From a virus (taxonomy: Duplodnaviria; Caudoviricetes), in IMG/VR virus record IMGVR_UViG_3300028887_000075, positions 1 to 64,000 of that record: a stretch of 64,000 nucleotides of DNA; one strand, written 5' to 3'. Each line of letters opens with the position of its first letter. The first letter of the stretch is position 1. Of the stretch, positions 17,024 to 26,588 are shown one piece after another. Below the pieces are notes generated by a model. It saw nothing but the letters and a program-made list of their open reading frames with translations, had not been told where the DNA came from and made no database searches. Made by a program: the position numbers and the translations under genes.

Positions 17024-18712
17024 ATGCTGCTGCACGTTACCAAGAGAGACAAGAGACGCAGAAAGTTCGACCCCAAGCACATCTACGACGCCATAACGGC
17101 CGCATTCAAGGACAGCAAGGAGAAGTATACCGAGGAGGAACTCGACTCCCTAGTGAGCACCGTGATTGACACCGTATCCGCAAACGGCGCCAAGTCGGTA
17201 AATGTGGAAAAGATACAGGATACCATCGAGCGTACTCTGATGACATCAGGGTTCCTGGACACTGCTAAGGCGTTCATCACCTACCGTGCAGAGCGTACCC
17301 GTATCAGGGACCTGGACAACGACCTGAACCGCAGGGTAAGAGAAATCATCGATGCCAACCTGAAAACCAGTTCACTTCTCCGCGACAACGGCAATGTCAA
17401 TGGTGCACTGGTGGCATCGTCCATGGCGAAGGCCGGCGGCGAGACGATGAAGATGTATAACCTGCTGGGTAAGATAAAGCCGGAAATTGCCAGGGCACAC
17501 AAGAACGGCGATATCCATATTCATGACCTGGACTACTACTCTCTGACCATCAACTGCTTCTTTATCCCGCTGGCAGTACAGCTGGCTGAAGGGTTCGATA
17601 CCGGAAACGGCTGGGTGCGCCCGGCAAATTCCATAGAGACTGCATGCGCAATCGGAGCAATTTCCCTTCAGACCTCACAGAATGCCTTCTTTGGTGGGCA
17701 GGCGTTTGCCAACTTTGACTTTGACCTTGCCCCTTATGTGAACCGTAGTTTCCAGAAAAACCTGAAGCGTATGCTCAGGAACGCCATTGTGACCGCAGAG
17801 GCCATGGGTACTGGAAATCCGGCAGACCTCGAGGCACTCCGGAAAATTCGTGCAAAGTATGACCTTCGTATTATCAAGGATGTTTCCACGAAGGACCTGA
17901 AAGAATTCATCGTAGCCTACAAGGGTGAACTGGACGACTACGAATGTGGCCGAGAAGTACTCCCGGAGCTGCCCTACGATGAATTCGACCGTACCTACGT
18001 GATTGACCTGGGTGATGGCACCAAGTGGACCATGCCGGCATCCATGGTCGATGAAGCCGACATGCAGACCGTGAGAAACACGTTCCAGGGACTCGAGTCG
18101 TTCGTCCACAACGTGAATAGCCTTTTCTCCCGCTCCGGTAACCAGCTCCCGTTCAGTTCCGTGAACTTTGGCCTCGATACGTCAAAGAGTGGCCGTCTCG
18201 TGTCATTTGCGCTATTGCATGCGACCGAGGTGGGCATCGGGAACGGAGCCACTGCAATATTCCCTATTTCCATCTGTAAGGAAATGGCTGGCTATACCAT
18301 CAACCCGGAAGACCCCAACTATGATATCTGGGAAAAGTCGTGCGAGGTTCTGGCTGAACGCTTCTATCCGAACTTCGTAAACGTCGATGCCCCCTATAAC
18401 AAGGTATACGTGAAGTACGACGAGATGGAAACCGAGTTCAACCGGGAGAACCTGGTAGACAACCGGGGCCAGCGGCTGTACCGTGTTGCTCCCGGGAGGT
18501 TCTGGGAGTTCGTATCGGAGAAGGACGGTGTAGCCAAGCTGCGCAAGCTCCGTCCGGAAACCACTATATCCACGATGGGTTGTGCAAGGGGTGACTCTAG
18601 GATTACTGTCAAGATTGATGGTGTGGTTTACCGTAATATCACGATGGAAGCCGCGTTTGACTTGATAAAAGAGCTACGTACACAGAAAGACGCATCTGAA
18701 GAGGAGGTTTAA
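17024..18712 (+). CDS. nrdD: Anaerobic ribonucleoside-triphosphate reductase, N-terminal part plus 43-aa intein N-fragment
   Basis: ATP cone (VTKRD...FDPKHI), GDIHIHDLD, SRSGNQLPFSSVNFG; STMG followed by intein start CARGDSRI. Confidence 0.9.
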   Translation: MLLHVTKRDKRRRKFDPKHIYDAITAAFKDSKEKYTEEELDSLVSTVIDTVSANGAKSVNVEKIQDTIERTLMTSGFLDTAKAFITYRAERTRIRDLDNDLNRRVREIIDANLKTSSLLRDNGNVNGALVASSMAKAGGETMKMYNLLGKIKPEIARAHKNGDIHIHDLDYYSLTINCFFIPLAVQLAEGFDTGNGWVRPANSIETACAIGAISLQTSQNAFFGGQAFANFDFDLAPYVNRSFQKNLKRMLRNAIVTAEAMGTGNPADLEALRKIRAKYDLRIIKDVSTKDLKEFIVAYKGELDDYECGREVLPELPYDEFDRTYVIDLGDGTKWTMPASMVDEADMQTVRNTFQGLESFVHNVNSLFSRSGNQLPFSSVNFGLDTSKSGRLVSFALLHATEVGIGNGATAIFPISICKEMAGYTINPEDPNYDIWEKSCEVLAERFYPNFVNVDAPYNKVYVKYDEMETEFNRENLVDNRGQRLYRVAPGRFWEFVSEKDGVAKLRKLRPETTISTMGCARGDSRITVKIDGVVYRNITMEAAFDLIKELRTQKDASEEEV

Positions 18713-19555
18713 TTTATGATTGGTGTTTACAAGATTCTTCATATTCCAACTGGCAAGTACTACATTGGTTCTAGTTCCAACATTAGTCGACGTATGGCCG
18801 AACATCGGTATAAGTTGAGTCATAATGGAAAGTTTGATTGTGGCTGGATTGTTACTGATACTGATATTGCCAACTATGAGTTTTCTGTAGAATGCGAATG
18901 TACACTAGATGAACTCCATTACAGGGAAACTGAGTTAATCAAGAGCGCTGACCCGGTGCTGTGCGTGAATATCAAGGCTGATGACCAGAAGACCAACCGT
19001 ACGCCGAACCATATGTGTGGCAAGCACTGGTATAACAATGGAACTGAATGCATGTGTTTCTACGAAGGTTCAGAACCTGAAGGCTGGGTGCGTGGTAGGA
19101 TTACTGGTATTGCCGGGTTTGACTTGAACGACCATCGTAATAATGTCAACGGCACGCCGGCTCACGAGAAACATTTGGATAAGTTACATGGTGGCGTGTC
19201 TGAATATATTGAGACCGACGATATGGATATTCAAATATTGAGCAATAACGAGTTTGTTCCTATGCTTGGTATTTTGCGGAATAGTGCCGGCGCATCAAAT
19301 CCATTGTGCGAAGTTCGATATAGGTATAAGGGTAAGGTAACTCGTGTACTTAATGTGACGACAGACCATCCTTTAGTAACTAAGCGTGGCCGTGTGAAGG
19401 TAGAAGACCTTCAAGTGGGTGATTTACTTATTGATAGTGTTGATGGTGATGAATATCCGGTAACAGAGATTGAACCAATTAGCCATCGGTCGCCTACATA
19501 TGATGTGGAGACTGACAATGACGTGTTTGATTTGGATGGTATACTCTCGCATAAC
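18581..19555 (+). mobile_element. Split intein with GIY-YIG homing endonuclease at the NrdD catalytic Cys
   Basis: Cys1 at 18581; TAA 18710-18712; GVY..YYIG; block B TTDHP; block F/G TYDVETDNDVFDLDGILSHN|C; more AT-rich than flanks. Confidence 0.85.
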
Positions 19556-20554
19556 TGCCGGACCCGGAGCATAGGCAATGTAAACGGCGAATCTGTGACT
19601 ACCGGCAAGGGTAATCTATGGTTCACTACCATCAACTTGCCCGCTATTGCGGTTCGCGCCACCAAGACAGCCAACCCAATTGAGTCATTCTGGAAGGAAT
19701 TGGACGAGAAGATGGCGATGTGCCGCGAATGCATGGAGGAAAGGTACAAGACTATCAAGAACCGTACCTATGCGAACCTATATTTCCCGATGAAGAACGG
19801 TCTGTACATGGGGTCGGACAAGAACGCCCCGGTGACTACCACGATTGAGAAGGCAATCAAGAACGGGTCTAACGCAATCGGCTATATCGGCATATATGAA
19901 GTCTGCCTTACGTTGCTTGGCAAGGTATTCGGCGTAGACGAGGAGGCGACCAAGTTCGGGTACGAGATTGTCAAGCATATCCGCGAGTACACTGATGCCG
20001 TCCAGAAGGAAACCCACATGAACTGGACAACGTTCGCTACACCGGCAGAGAACGTATGCGGCCGGTTTGCCCAGATTGATGCCAAACGGTTTGGCTCGGA
20101 TGATAAGCTGAATGTACCGGGAGACCAGATTTGGGGCAAGGGATACTACACCAACTCGCACATGATGCCTTTCGATGTCAAGACTACGCTTGCACATAAG
20201 CTGGAAGTAGAGGCACCATTCCATGAACTGACGAATGGTGGCCACATATTCTACTACAAGATTGATGGCGACCCGTCCAAGAACGTGGATGCCGTCAAGG
20301 CGGCAGTCAGGGCTATGTACGATGCCGGTATCGGCTACGGAACAATCACGTTCTCGCAGGATACCTGCAGGGAATGCGGATACCGTGGTATAATTGACAA
20401 TGAATGTCCTCACTGCCATTGCAAGGACAATGGGGAAAACGTGCTCCGTATCCGGAGAATCACTGGATATTTGGTGGGACGTTCTTCGCAGTCAATCGAG
20501 GAGTCCTGGGGTGACGGAAAGCTGGCCGAGCTCAAACATAGGGTGAACATCTAA
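18716..20554 (+). CDS. nrdD: GIY-YIG endonuclease / intein C-fragment / NrdD C-terminal part fusion
   Basis: GAGGAGG SD 8 nt before ATG; SHN|CRTR junction; GNLWFTTINLP, ATPAENVCGRF, CxxC-CxxC, glycyl radical motif RRITGYL. Confidence 0.9.
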   Translation: MIGVYKILHIPTGKYYIGSSSNISRRMAEHRYKLSHNGKFDCGWIVTDTDIANYEFSVECECTLDELHYRETELIKSADPVLCVNIKADDQKTNRTPNHMCGKHWYNNGTECMCFYEGSEPEGWVRGRITGIAGFDLNDHRNNVNGTPAHEKHLDKLHGGVSEYIETDDMDIQILSNNEFVPMLGILRNSAGASNPLCEVRYRYKGKVTRVLNVTTDHPLVTKRGRVKVEDLQVGDLLIDSVDGDEYPVTEIEPISHRSPTYDVETDNDVFDLDGILSHNCRTRSIGNVNGESVTTGKGNLWFTTINLPAIAVRATKTANPIESFWKELDEKMAMCRECMEERYKTIKNRTYANLYFPMKNGLYMGSDKNAPVTTTIEKAIKNGSNAIGYIGIYEVCLTLLGKVFGVDEEATKFGYEIVKHIREYTDAVQKETHMNWTTFATPAENVCGRFAQIDAKRFGSDDKLNVPGDQIWGKGYYTNSHMMPFDVKTTLAHKLEVEAPFHELTNGGHIFYYKIDGDPSKNVDAVKAAVRAMYDAGIGYGTITFSQDTCRECGYRGIIDNECPHCHCKDNGENVLRIRRITGYLVGRSSQSIEESWGDGKLAELKHRVNI

Positions 20555-20558
20555 TTAC

Positions 20559-20581
20559 AAGGGCGGTAATCCCGCCCTTTC
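20559..20581 (+). terminator. Hairpin/weak terminator between nrdD and nrdG
   Basis: AAGGGCGG-TAATC-CCGCCCTTT. Confidence 0.5.
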
Positions 20582-20586
20582 TTATT

Positions 20587-21096
20587 ATGAACTATTCGAA
20601 CATTGAAATGAATTCTACTGTTGATGGGCCGGGTATACGGGTATCCCTCTTCGTTTCCGGTTGCCGCAACCACTGTCCCGGTTGCTTCAACGAGGCCACC
20701 TGGGATTTCAACTACGGCAAGCCGTTCACTGCGATAGAGGCGAACGAGATTATCGAGGGATGCCGGCCGGACTACATTGACGGCTGCACCATACTTGGGG
20801 GTGAACCCCTGGAGCCAGAGAACCAGGAGGCTCTCCTCCCGTTCCTCCGCCGGTTCAAGCAGGTACATCCCGGTAAAACCCTGTGGATGTTCACGGGTTA
20901 TATCTTGGACCGAGACTTGCTCCCGGGGCAAAGAAAGAATGTCCCGGGGGTCACCCGGGACATTCTCGGTCTCCTCGATGTACTTGTCGACGGCCCCTTC
21001 ATCCTTGCCGAGCGCGACCTCACGTTGAAGTTCCGGGGCAGCAGGAACCAGCGCATCCTCCGTAAGGAGGACATCGCTAGGCTTGCCGAATCATAG
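20587..21096 (+). CDS. nrdG: Anaerobic RNR activating enzyme (radical SAM)
   Basis: DGPGIRVSLFVSGCRNHCPGCFN, LGGEPL, DVLVDGPF, FRGSRNQR. Confidence 0.95.
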   Translation: MNYSNIEMNSTVDGPGIRVSLFVSGCRNHCPGCFNEATWDFNYGKPFTAIEANEIIEGCRPDYIDGCTILGGEPLEPENQEALLPFLRRFKQVHPGKTLWMFTGYILDRDLLPGQRKNVPGVTRDILGLLDVLVDGPFILAERDLTLKFRGSRNQRILRKEDIARLAES

Positions 21097-21697
21097 CCAC
21101 CAGTCTCTCCGCGTTGTCCACGGATATCGCTCCACCGGTGACGAAGGAGTCGTTCGGGCGTCCCTTCTTGTGGGACACGCGGATGACCGCCTTGAACATG
21201 CCCAGTTCGGACATGGTGATGGCCACGGAGGTCATCTTTCCCCTGAATGTGAACCCTATCGGGCTGGTACCGTCGCATGTGTAGCCGTCGGCCACGAGCC
21301 GGTCGGTGATTAGCTTCCTGAAGGCCTCCTTCTCGGAGTTGGCCTTGGAGCGTGCCACCTTGACGCTCGCGTAGAGTCCCTGGATGATTTCCGCCAGTGA
21401 CTCCGCGGTGATGTCCTTGCACCTTCTGGTTAATGCCACGGTGCCGTCGTCGAGCACGAGCGTAATCTTCACCGAGAAGTGCTCCCGGGAGTTCCTGCGT
21501 GACACCTCGTAGTGGCAGAAGTTCTTGAGTCCTTCTTCCGTGTAGTCCACCCGGAAGCTCCTGGGGGATACCCTTGTTACCTTCCCGGTAGGGATGACGA
21601 GGCAGTCGACGGCCTCGTCGGTGAACTTGACTGCGTCCGTCATCAAGTGGTTTCCGGGCGCGTAGGTGTGGTAGTTATCTGCGTATTGCGTGCTCAT
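21077..21697 (-). CDS. Hypothetical protein
   Basis: 206-aa ORF overlapping the upstream gene. Confidence 0.65.
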   Translation of the reverse strand: MSTQYADNYHTYAPGNHLMTDAVKFTDEAVDCLVIPTGKVTRVSPRSFRVDYTEEGLKNFCHYEVSRRNSREHFSVKITLVLDDGTVALTRRCKDITAESLAEIIQGLYASVKVARSKANSEKEAFRKLITDRLVADGYTCDGTSPIGFTFRGKMTSVAITMSELGMFKAVIRVSHKKGRPNDSFVTGGAISVDNAERLVAMIRQA

Positions 21698-22247
21698 AGT
21701 TCTGCACCATTTCCTTGTTGGTGAGTTCGCCGAGCATGTGGAACAGCTCGGTCTTCAGTTTTTCGGCCATTTCTTCCTTGCCGGGGGCGGCGAGGTTGCC
21801 CAGCTTCTCGATGCGGGCCGTTATGTCCGGGAAGCGCCTAGGAATCAACTGCAGCGAGTTGAGCAGGAGCTTGAACTCGCGCTCGAAGGCCAGCAGCAGG
21901 TCGTCCTTGCTGCGGAATGTCACCCGGTGGAACCCGAGCGTGTTCATGTCGAAGCCGACGGCGTCTACGTCGTAGAACTGCGGGTTGTCCTTCTTCACCG
22001 TCCAGGTGAAGCTGACCTTGCCCATGGCCTCTCCGGAGGAGAACTCCCCGTGTGCCATCCAGTGTTCGACGCCGGCAATGTCGCGGTCCATGAACTTGTT
22101 GTCGATGGTGACCGAGGTCTCGCATTGAGTGACCATGGCGAGCACGCTCACGATGTCCTGCCGGACGTCGGCCACTATGTCCACGTCGACCATGCCGACC
22201 TTCCCGGTGGCGAAGTCGAACCTTTCTTCTCTGACTGGATATTTCAT
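21675..22247 (-). CDS. Hypothetical protein (start MKYPVREE)
   Basis: AAGGA SD; typical codon usage. Confidence 0.65.
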   Translation of the reverse strand: MKYPVREERFDFATGKVGMVDVDIVADVRQDIVSVLAMVTQCETSVTIDNKFMDRDIAGVEHWMAHGEFSSGEAMGKVSFTWTVKKDNPQFYDVDAVGFDMNTLGFHRVTFRSKDDLLLAFEREFKLLLNSLQLIPRRFPDITARIEKLGNLAAPGKEEMAEKLKTELFHMLGELTNKEMVQNYEHAIRR

Positions 22248-22381
22248 GATGGAAAATCCTTGCTTTCTATAAGAAATTAATATATTGTTGGAAAAAGTGC
22301 ACGAGAAATGGCATAGTTTCCTGTATGAAACCGGGATATTCCGGGAGGAAAGATTAACCATGTTGCCGGAGACTTTGGGTA

Positions 22382-22942
22382 ATGCGGTCAAGGGAAGAGA
22401 TTAACAGGTTTGTTAGGACGGGAATCCCGTCCGGGATGGATATGGTGGACAGGGCTATCGCCTTCGCCGAGTTCGCGCACGACGGGCAGAGGGACAAGGG
22501 CGGTAGGAAGTATACGGACCACGTGTTCGCGGTGGGGCGGGAGACGGCGAAGCGGTACGAGGACGACAATTTGACCGCTGCAGCATATTTGCACGACGTG
22601 GTAGAGGACGGGGGATTCACGATTTCTGATTTGATGGCATGGTTCCCGCCGGTAGTATGGAAGGTGGTCGAGATTCTTACCAGGAAGAAGTCCGAGGACA
22701 GGTCGGTATACATCGCTAGGATTGCCGAGAACCTGCTCGCGGCCAAGGTGAAACTGGTCGACCTGGACAACAACATGGACATGTCCAGGCTGGGGAATCC
22801 GAAGCAGTCGGACTACGACAGGCAGGACAGGTACGCCATGGAGCGAACTGTGATTCTCGATGCGGTTATAGACATGGAGAGGCACATGACCGATTCCGAG
22901 ATGGAGTCGAACAATTACGCCTCGCTGGTGATGGGAGTATAG
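22382..22942 (+). CDS. HD-domain protein of the RelA/SpoT hydrolase (small alarmone hydrolase/Mesh1-like) type
   Basis: AHDGQRDKGG.KY.DHV, AAYLHDVVED, VKLVDLDNN. Confidence 0.8.
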   Translation: MRSREEINRFVRTGIPSGMDMVDRAIAFAEFAHDGQRDKGGRKYTDHVFAVGRETAKRYEDDNLTAAAYLHDVVEDGGFTISDLMAWFPPVVWKVVEILTRKKSEDRSVYIARIAENLLAAKVKLVDLDNNMDMSRLGNPKQSDYDRQDRYAMERTVILDAVIDMERHMTDSEMESNNYASLVMGV

Positions 22943-22943
22943 G

Positions 22944-23291
22944 ATGGCGAGCACTACTTTGGTGACCGAGGACAAGGTTGAGGACGAATTCCCGTCCGCT
23001 GTAGATACATGCATGCGCATACAGGCCGAACGCAGGGAGTCCGGGAGGAAGTTCCGAGCCGAGCACCCGGAGCTTACCGGCAGAATCCGGGAGGCAATAA
23101 TGAATAGCCACCGGGGTAGACAGGTGTTCTTCCCGAACCGGGACCACTCGATTAATCCGAGGGATGTCCGGGAGGTACTGGCGGGACTTGGCTACATCGT
23201 GCAGGAGACCGCGCCCATGGCGGTCAACGTGAACGGGCCGTTCTATATCTACTGGCATGACATGGACAAGAAGGACCCCCTTCTGGAATAG
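22944..23291 (+). CDS. Hypothetical protein
   Basis: Starts 1 nt after the HD gene stop. Confidence 0.6.
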   Translation: MASTTLVTEDKVEDEFPSAVDTCMRIQAERRESGRKFRAEHPELTGRIREAIMNSHRGRQVFFPNRDHSINPRDVREVLAGLGYIVQETAPMAVNVNGPFYIYWHDMDKKDPLLE

Positions 23292-23292
23292 G

Positions 23293-23323
23293 AAAAGGCC
23301 GCCGATTGGCGGCCCTTCTTTTT
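23293..23323. terminator. Bidirectional terminator
   Basis: AAAAGGCCGCC-GATT-GGCGGCCCTTCTTTT. Confidence 0.75.
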
Positions 23324-23336
23324 GGCATGCAGGAAG

Positions 23337-24737
23337 CTATTCATCGCGCTCGGCAATCATCCGGTCGTGGTCCCTTTCCAATTCGGCGCTATTGTTGAGG
23401 AAGCTCCTCTTGAGGAACCCGGCGACCTTCCCGATTGCTCCCGGTACCTTCTTGGCTGCATCGACGACCGTACCGCCGGCGGCAAGGGCCAGGTCGGTGG
23501 CGTCATGCGCGCCCTTGTGTATAGTCGCCTTCCAGTCGACGTCCTCGTCCTGTCCACCGCATCCGCAGCGTTCGGCATCCACCGGGCACCTCCCGGAGCT
23601 GGCCTTGGCCTGTGCCTTTGCCTGCTTCTTGACGGCATCCTGGGTGGCGGACTTGGCCTTGCCTTCCTTCCCGGAGGCGGCCGCGGTCTTCACCGGGGTG
23701 TCACCCTTGGCGGACTTGTCGAGAATCTGGTACTGCGCGGGGACGTTGCCGTCGGCCTGCATCTTCTTGAGCTGTTCCGGGGTGACCTGGTAGGTGGTGC
23801 CCTCGTCGAAGGTGACCTTGGAGTAGTCGGAGACCACCGGCACCTCGGAGGAGGCGCCGCCTTCCCTGGCCGGGATGCTGGTCTTTCCGACCTGCTTTCC
23901 GGTCTTGGCCTGCTTCACTTGCTTGGCTCCGTCCCCGGAGGACTTCGCCACGGGGCCACCGAAGTTGTCCCTGGTATGTACCATCTCCCGGGAATCCTGG
24001 GAGAGGCTGCGGTTGTTGGTGATAATCTTGGAAGTTCCCCGGTGGGTGCTGTACGGGGCGGATTCGGCGGTGGCTGCATGGGACGCCATGGGGGCGGCGG
24101 CCAGTGCGCCGGCCAGGGCGAGTTCCTTCCAGCCCTCGGTAAGCGCCGGGGTTTCCTTGGTGTAGAACACGGCCTCTGTAGCGGGCGCTTCCTTCTTTCC
24201 TGACAGCCTGTCGTGGATGTCGTGGGCGATGCGGAAGACGAGCTTCTTCATGTCGGCCTTGGGGAGCGGGGCGTAGTTCTTGTTGCGCATGTATGACTTG
24301 ATTCCGATTGCGATGATGGGGAGCATGTCCCTGACCTCGCACTTGCCTCCCGGGAACTTCTCGAGTACGGCCTTTGCGGTACGGTCGTAGATGTTGTCAT
24401 CGCCCTGGGTGATTTCCTGGTAGAGGGTGGCGGGGTTGATTGCCCCCGGTTTCTCCTCGGCGTTAACCTGGTCGGCTTCAGGTTCGAGCGTTTCGTCTCC
24501 GGTAATGTCGGCGAGGTCGGAATCGAGGTCGAGGTCGATGTCCGCGTCCGTGGATTCGGCGGGTTCTTCCGCGGTTTCTTCCGTGGGGGCATCCTGGGAG
24601 TCACCGGACGGTTCCCCTTCCGGTTCCATCTCGGCGAGGTCGTCGGATTCACCGGGGTCCTTGTCTTCTTCTCCTTCAAGGAGGAAGAGGTCCTTGAGGC
24701 GTTCGCATTCTTCCATGAATTCCATATAGTGGTGCAT
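23337..24737 (-). CDS. Acidic/low-complexity putative virion protein with internal hydrophobic segment
   Basis: GATAAACT at 24767-24774; LFLLEG leader; internal LTEGWKELALAGALAAAPMASHAA. Confidence 0.7.
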   Translation of the reverse strand: MHHYMEFMEECERLKDLFLLEGEEDKDPGESDDLAEMEPEGEPSGDSQDAPTEETAEEPAESTDADIDLDLDSDLADITGDETLEPEADQVNAEEKPGAINPATLYQEITQGDDNIYDRTAKAVLEKFPGGKCEVRDMLPIIAIGIKSYMRNKNYAPLPKADMKKLVFRIAHDIHDRLSGKKEAPATEAVFYTKETPALTEGWKELALAGALAAAPMASHAATAESAPYSTHRGTSKIITNNRSLSQDSREMVHTRDNFGGPVAKSSGDGAKQVKQAKTGKQVGKTSIPAREGGASSEVPVVSDYSKVTFDEGTTYQVTPEQLKKMQADGNVPAQYQILDKSAKGDTPVKTAAASGKEGKAKSATQDAVKKQAKAQAKASSGRCPVDAERCGCGGQDEDVDWKATIHKGAHDATDLALAAGGTVVDAAKKVPGAIGKVAGFLKRSFLNNSAELERDHDRMIAERDE

Positions 24738-24837
24738 AAATCGGCCATCCGCGGAAATTTTCCTATAGTTTATCTTTCGCCCGTACGTTTTTTGCTATAT
24801 TTGGGTAGTCGAAACGAAAAATAACACAGGAAACAAG

Positions 24838-26499
24838 ATGGCTGAACAGAGCAACTTCCTTGACATTCTAAGGGCCCTCGGGGAGCAGATACCCCGTTTC
24901 TCTACCGATTTCATCACCCCGGACGGCATAGACTGGGGAAAACTGAAGAAGACAATCCGCTGCGCGTCGTTCAAGAGCATCATGCCGGCGTGCACCCTGG
25001 GGACCGACCTGGCCATGAAGCTCCTGGAGAACTCCAGGAACCGCCAGCTGAAGGAATTTGTGGGCTTTGCGAGAAACAGCATCGCGCTGTACTCAATCCT
25101 CGACAACATCTACGCTAACGTGCAGCCGTCCAACTCGATGGAGAACAGGGCGGAAATCGTGTTCTGGAAGGAAATCGCGTCTAAGTTCAACGTGGAAATC
25201 CCCATCTGCGACAAGTACTCCGGCGCATGTGCCGGCCCCATCCCCATCGGGGATATCCTGATGTACCTGACCTACCGCATGAAGCTGAAGACAACATATG
25301 CATTCAGCGTGGACGACAAGCACTTCGACTTCACCATCGAGGGTGCCGAAGGCAACCCGCCGACCATCAACTCGACCGGCAACATCATCATTACTAGTCC
25401 GCTGTGTGTGCTGATTCGCTGCCGTCAGCTCCGTTCCCCGGGTGGGGAGGTGATGGTGGAGACGCTCTATGTCCTCAAGATGGAGAAGTTCACCATGGAT
25501 GCCGCGGTCAAGGAAGGCGGCATGGCCGCGCTGACTACTCCTGACGGTGACGGAGCGAAGTTCGTCGGCAGCCAGATTCTCTCCGAGCATGCAGCGTTCG
25601 TGACCGAGCACCCGACGCAGGCCAACGAGCAGTGCGTCCAGTCGTGTCTCGCCTACATCTACCGCGAGCTCGACCCGCAGAAGTACCACTACCATGTGGA
25701 TTCCTCCCGTATCTACGTTCGCCCGAACGAGAAGCTCGCCGACGCCGAGCTCTGGGTCCCGTCCGAGAAGATGAAGCAGATTTCCGAATGGTGCAGGAAC
25801 GCCGCCAACATCAAGCAGTCCGTGTCCTATGCCCTAGTCGGTCCTCTGGGAACCGGAAAGACCAGTACCTGCCAGCACATCATGGAGGACCTCACGAAGC
25901 AGGGCTACATGATTATCACCTGCAAGCTCGACGACCGTTCGCTAGATACGACCTTGGAAAGAATCATCTTCTGCACCAACATGTCCGAAAAGTCGGTAAT
26001 CCTCCTGGACGAGCTCGACTCCCTCAACATCAAGCAGAAGACCAGCGAGACCGCGGCAATCATCGAGTTCTTCGCCAAGCTGAAGGCCTCCAAGTACCTC
26101 AGCATCGTCATGTCGACAATCAACGACCCAGAGGCGGTCCACGAGTCCGTCATGGAACGTGATGGCCGCATTGACGAGGTCATCGAGGTCGGATTCCCGT
26201 CCGAGGACATGATGATGCAGCTCTTCAAGAGCTACGCCGACAAGGCCAACTACAACATCCCGGAGGATGTCATGACGGCCACCGTGAAGAAGCTTACCGA
26301 GATGGAGGTGTCGGCCGCCGGCGTCGCCAACATCGTGAACCAGATTTTCATCAAGAACGGAGCCAAGGACTCCTACACCCAGGAGGACATGGACCTCGTG
26401 CTGGCAAGCGTCAAGGTAAGCCGCGAAGCTTCCCGCAAGACCTACTACCGCAGGAAGAAGCCAGCCGATGGTAGTGGTGCCGTGCTGAGCCAGGGATAA
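24838..26499 (+). CDS. AAA+ ATPase
   Basis: GPLGTGKT, ILLDELD, RDGRIDE; TTGCTATATTTG at 24792-24803. Confidence 0.8.
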   Translation: MAEQSNFLDILRALGEQIPRFSTDFITPDGIDWGKLKKTIRCASFKSIMPACTLGTDLAMKLLENSRNRQLKEFVGFARNSIALYSILDNIYANVQPSNSMENRAEIVFWKEIASKFNVEIPICDKYSGACAGPIPIGDILMYLTYRMKLKTTYAFSVDDKHFDFTIEGAEGNPPTINSTGNIIITSPLCVLIRCRQLRSPGGEVMVETLYVLKMEKFTMDAAVKEGGMAALTTPDGDGAKFVGSQILSEHAAFVTEHPTQANEQCVQSCLAYIYRELDPQKYHYHVDSSRIYVRPNEKLADAELWVPSEKMKQISEWCRNAANIKQSVSYALVGPLGTGKTSTCQHIMEDLTKQGYMIITCKLDDRSLDTTLERIIFCTNMSEKSVILLDELDSLNIKQKTSETAAIIEFFAKLKASKYLSIVMSTINDPEAVHESVMERDGRIDEVIEVGFPSEDMMMQLFKSYADKANYNIPEDVMTATVKKLTEMEVSAAGVANIVNQIFIKNGAKDSYTQEDMDLVLASVKVSREASRKTYYRRKKPADGSGAVLSQG

Positions 26500-26530
26500 C
26501 TTATACAGCCACGAGCTGTAGTTCCATAGG

Positions 26531-26560
26531 GGCTACCGGGATATCCCGGTAGCCTCTTTT
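26531..26560 (+). terminator. Intrinsic terminator
   Basis: GGCTACCGGGA-TA-TCCCGGTAGCC followed by TCTTTT. Confidence 0.8.
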
Positions 26561-26588
26561 GGTTCGGAAAAATGATAAACTGCGGAAT

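Noticed and set aside
18713-19220. Group I intron carrying the GIY-YIG gene
   Set aside because: No non-coding intron-core sequence flanks the ORF; it abuts intein-coding sequence and continues in frame into it
17024-20554. nrdD as a pseudogene
   Set aside because: Both halves keep catalytic motifs, intein termini are intact, a strong SD precedes the second half, and nrdG is intact
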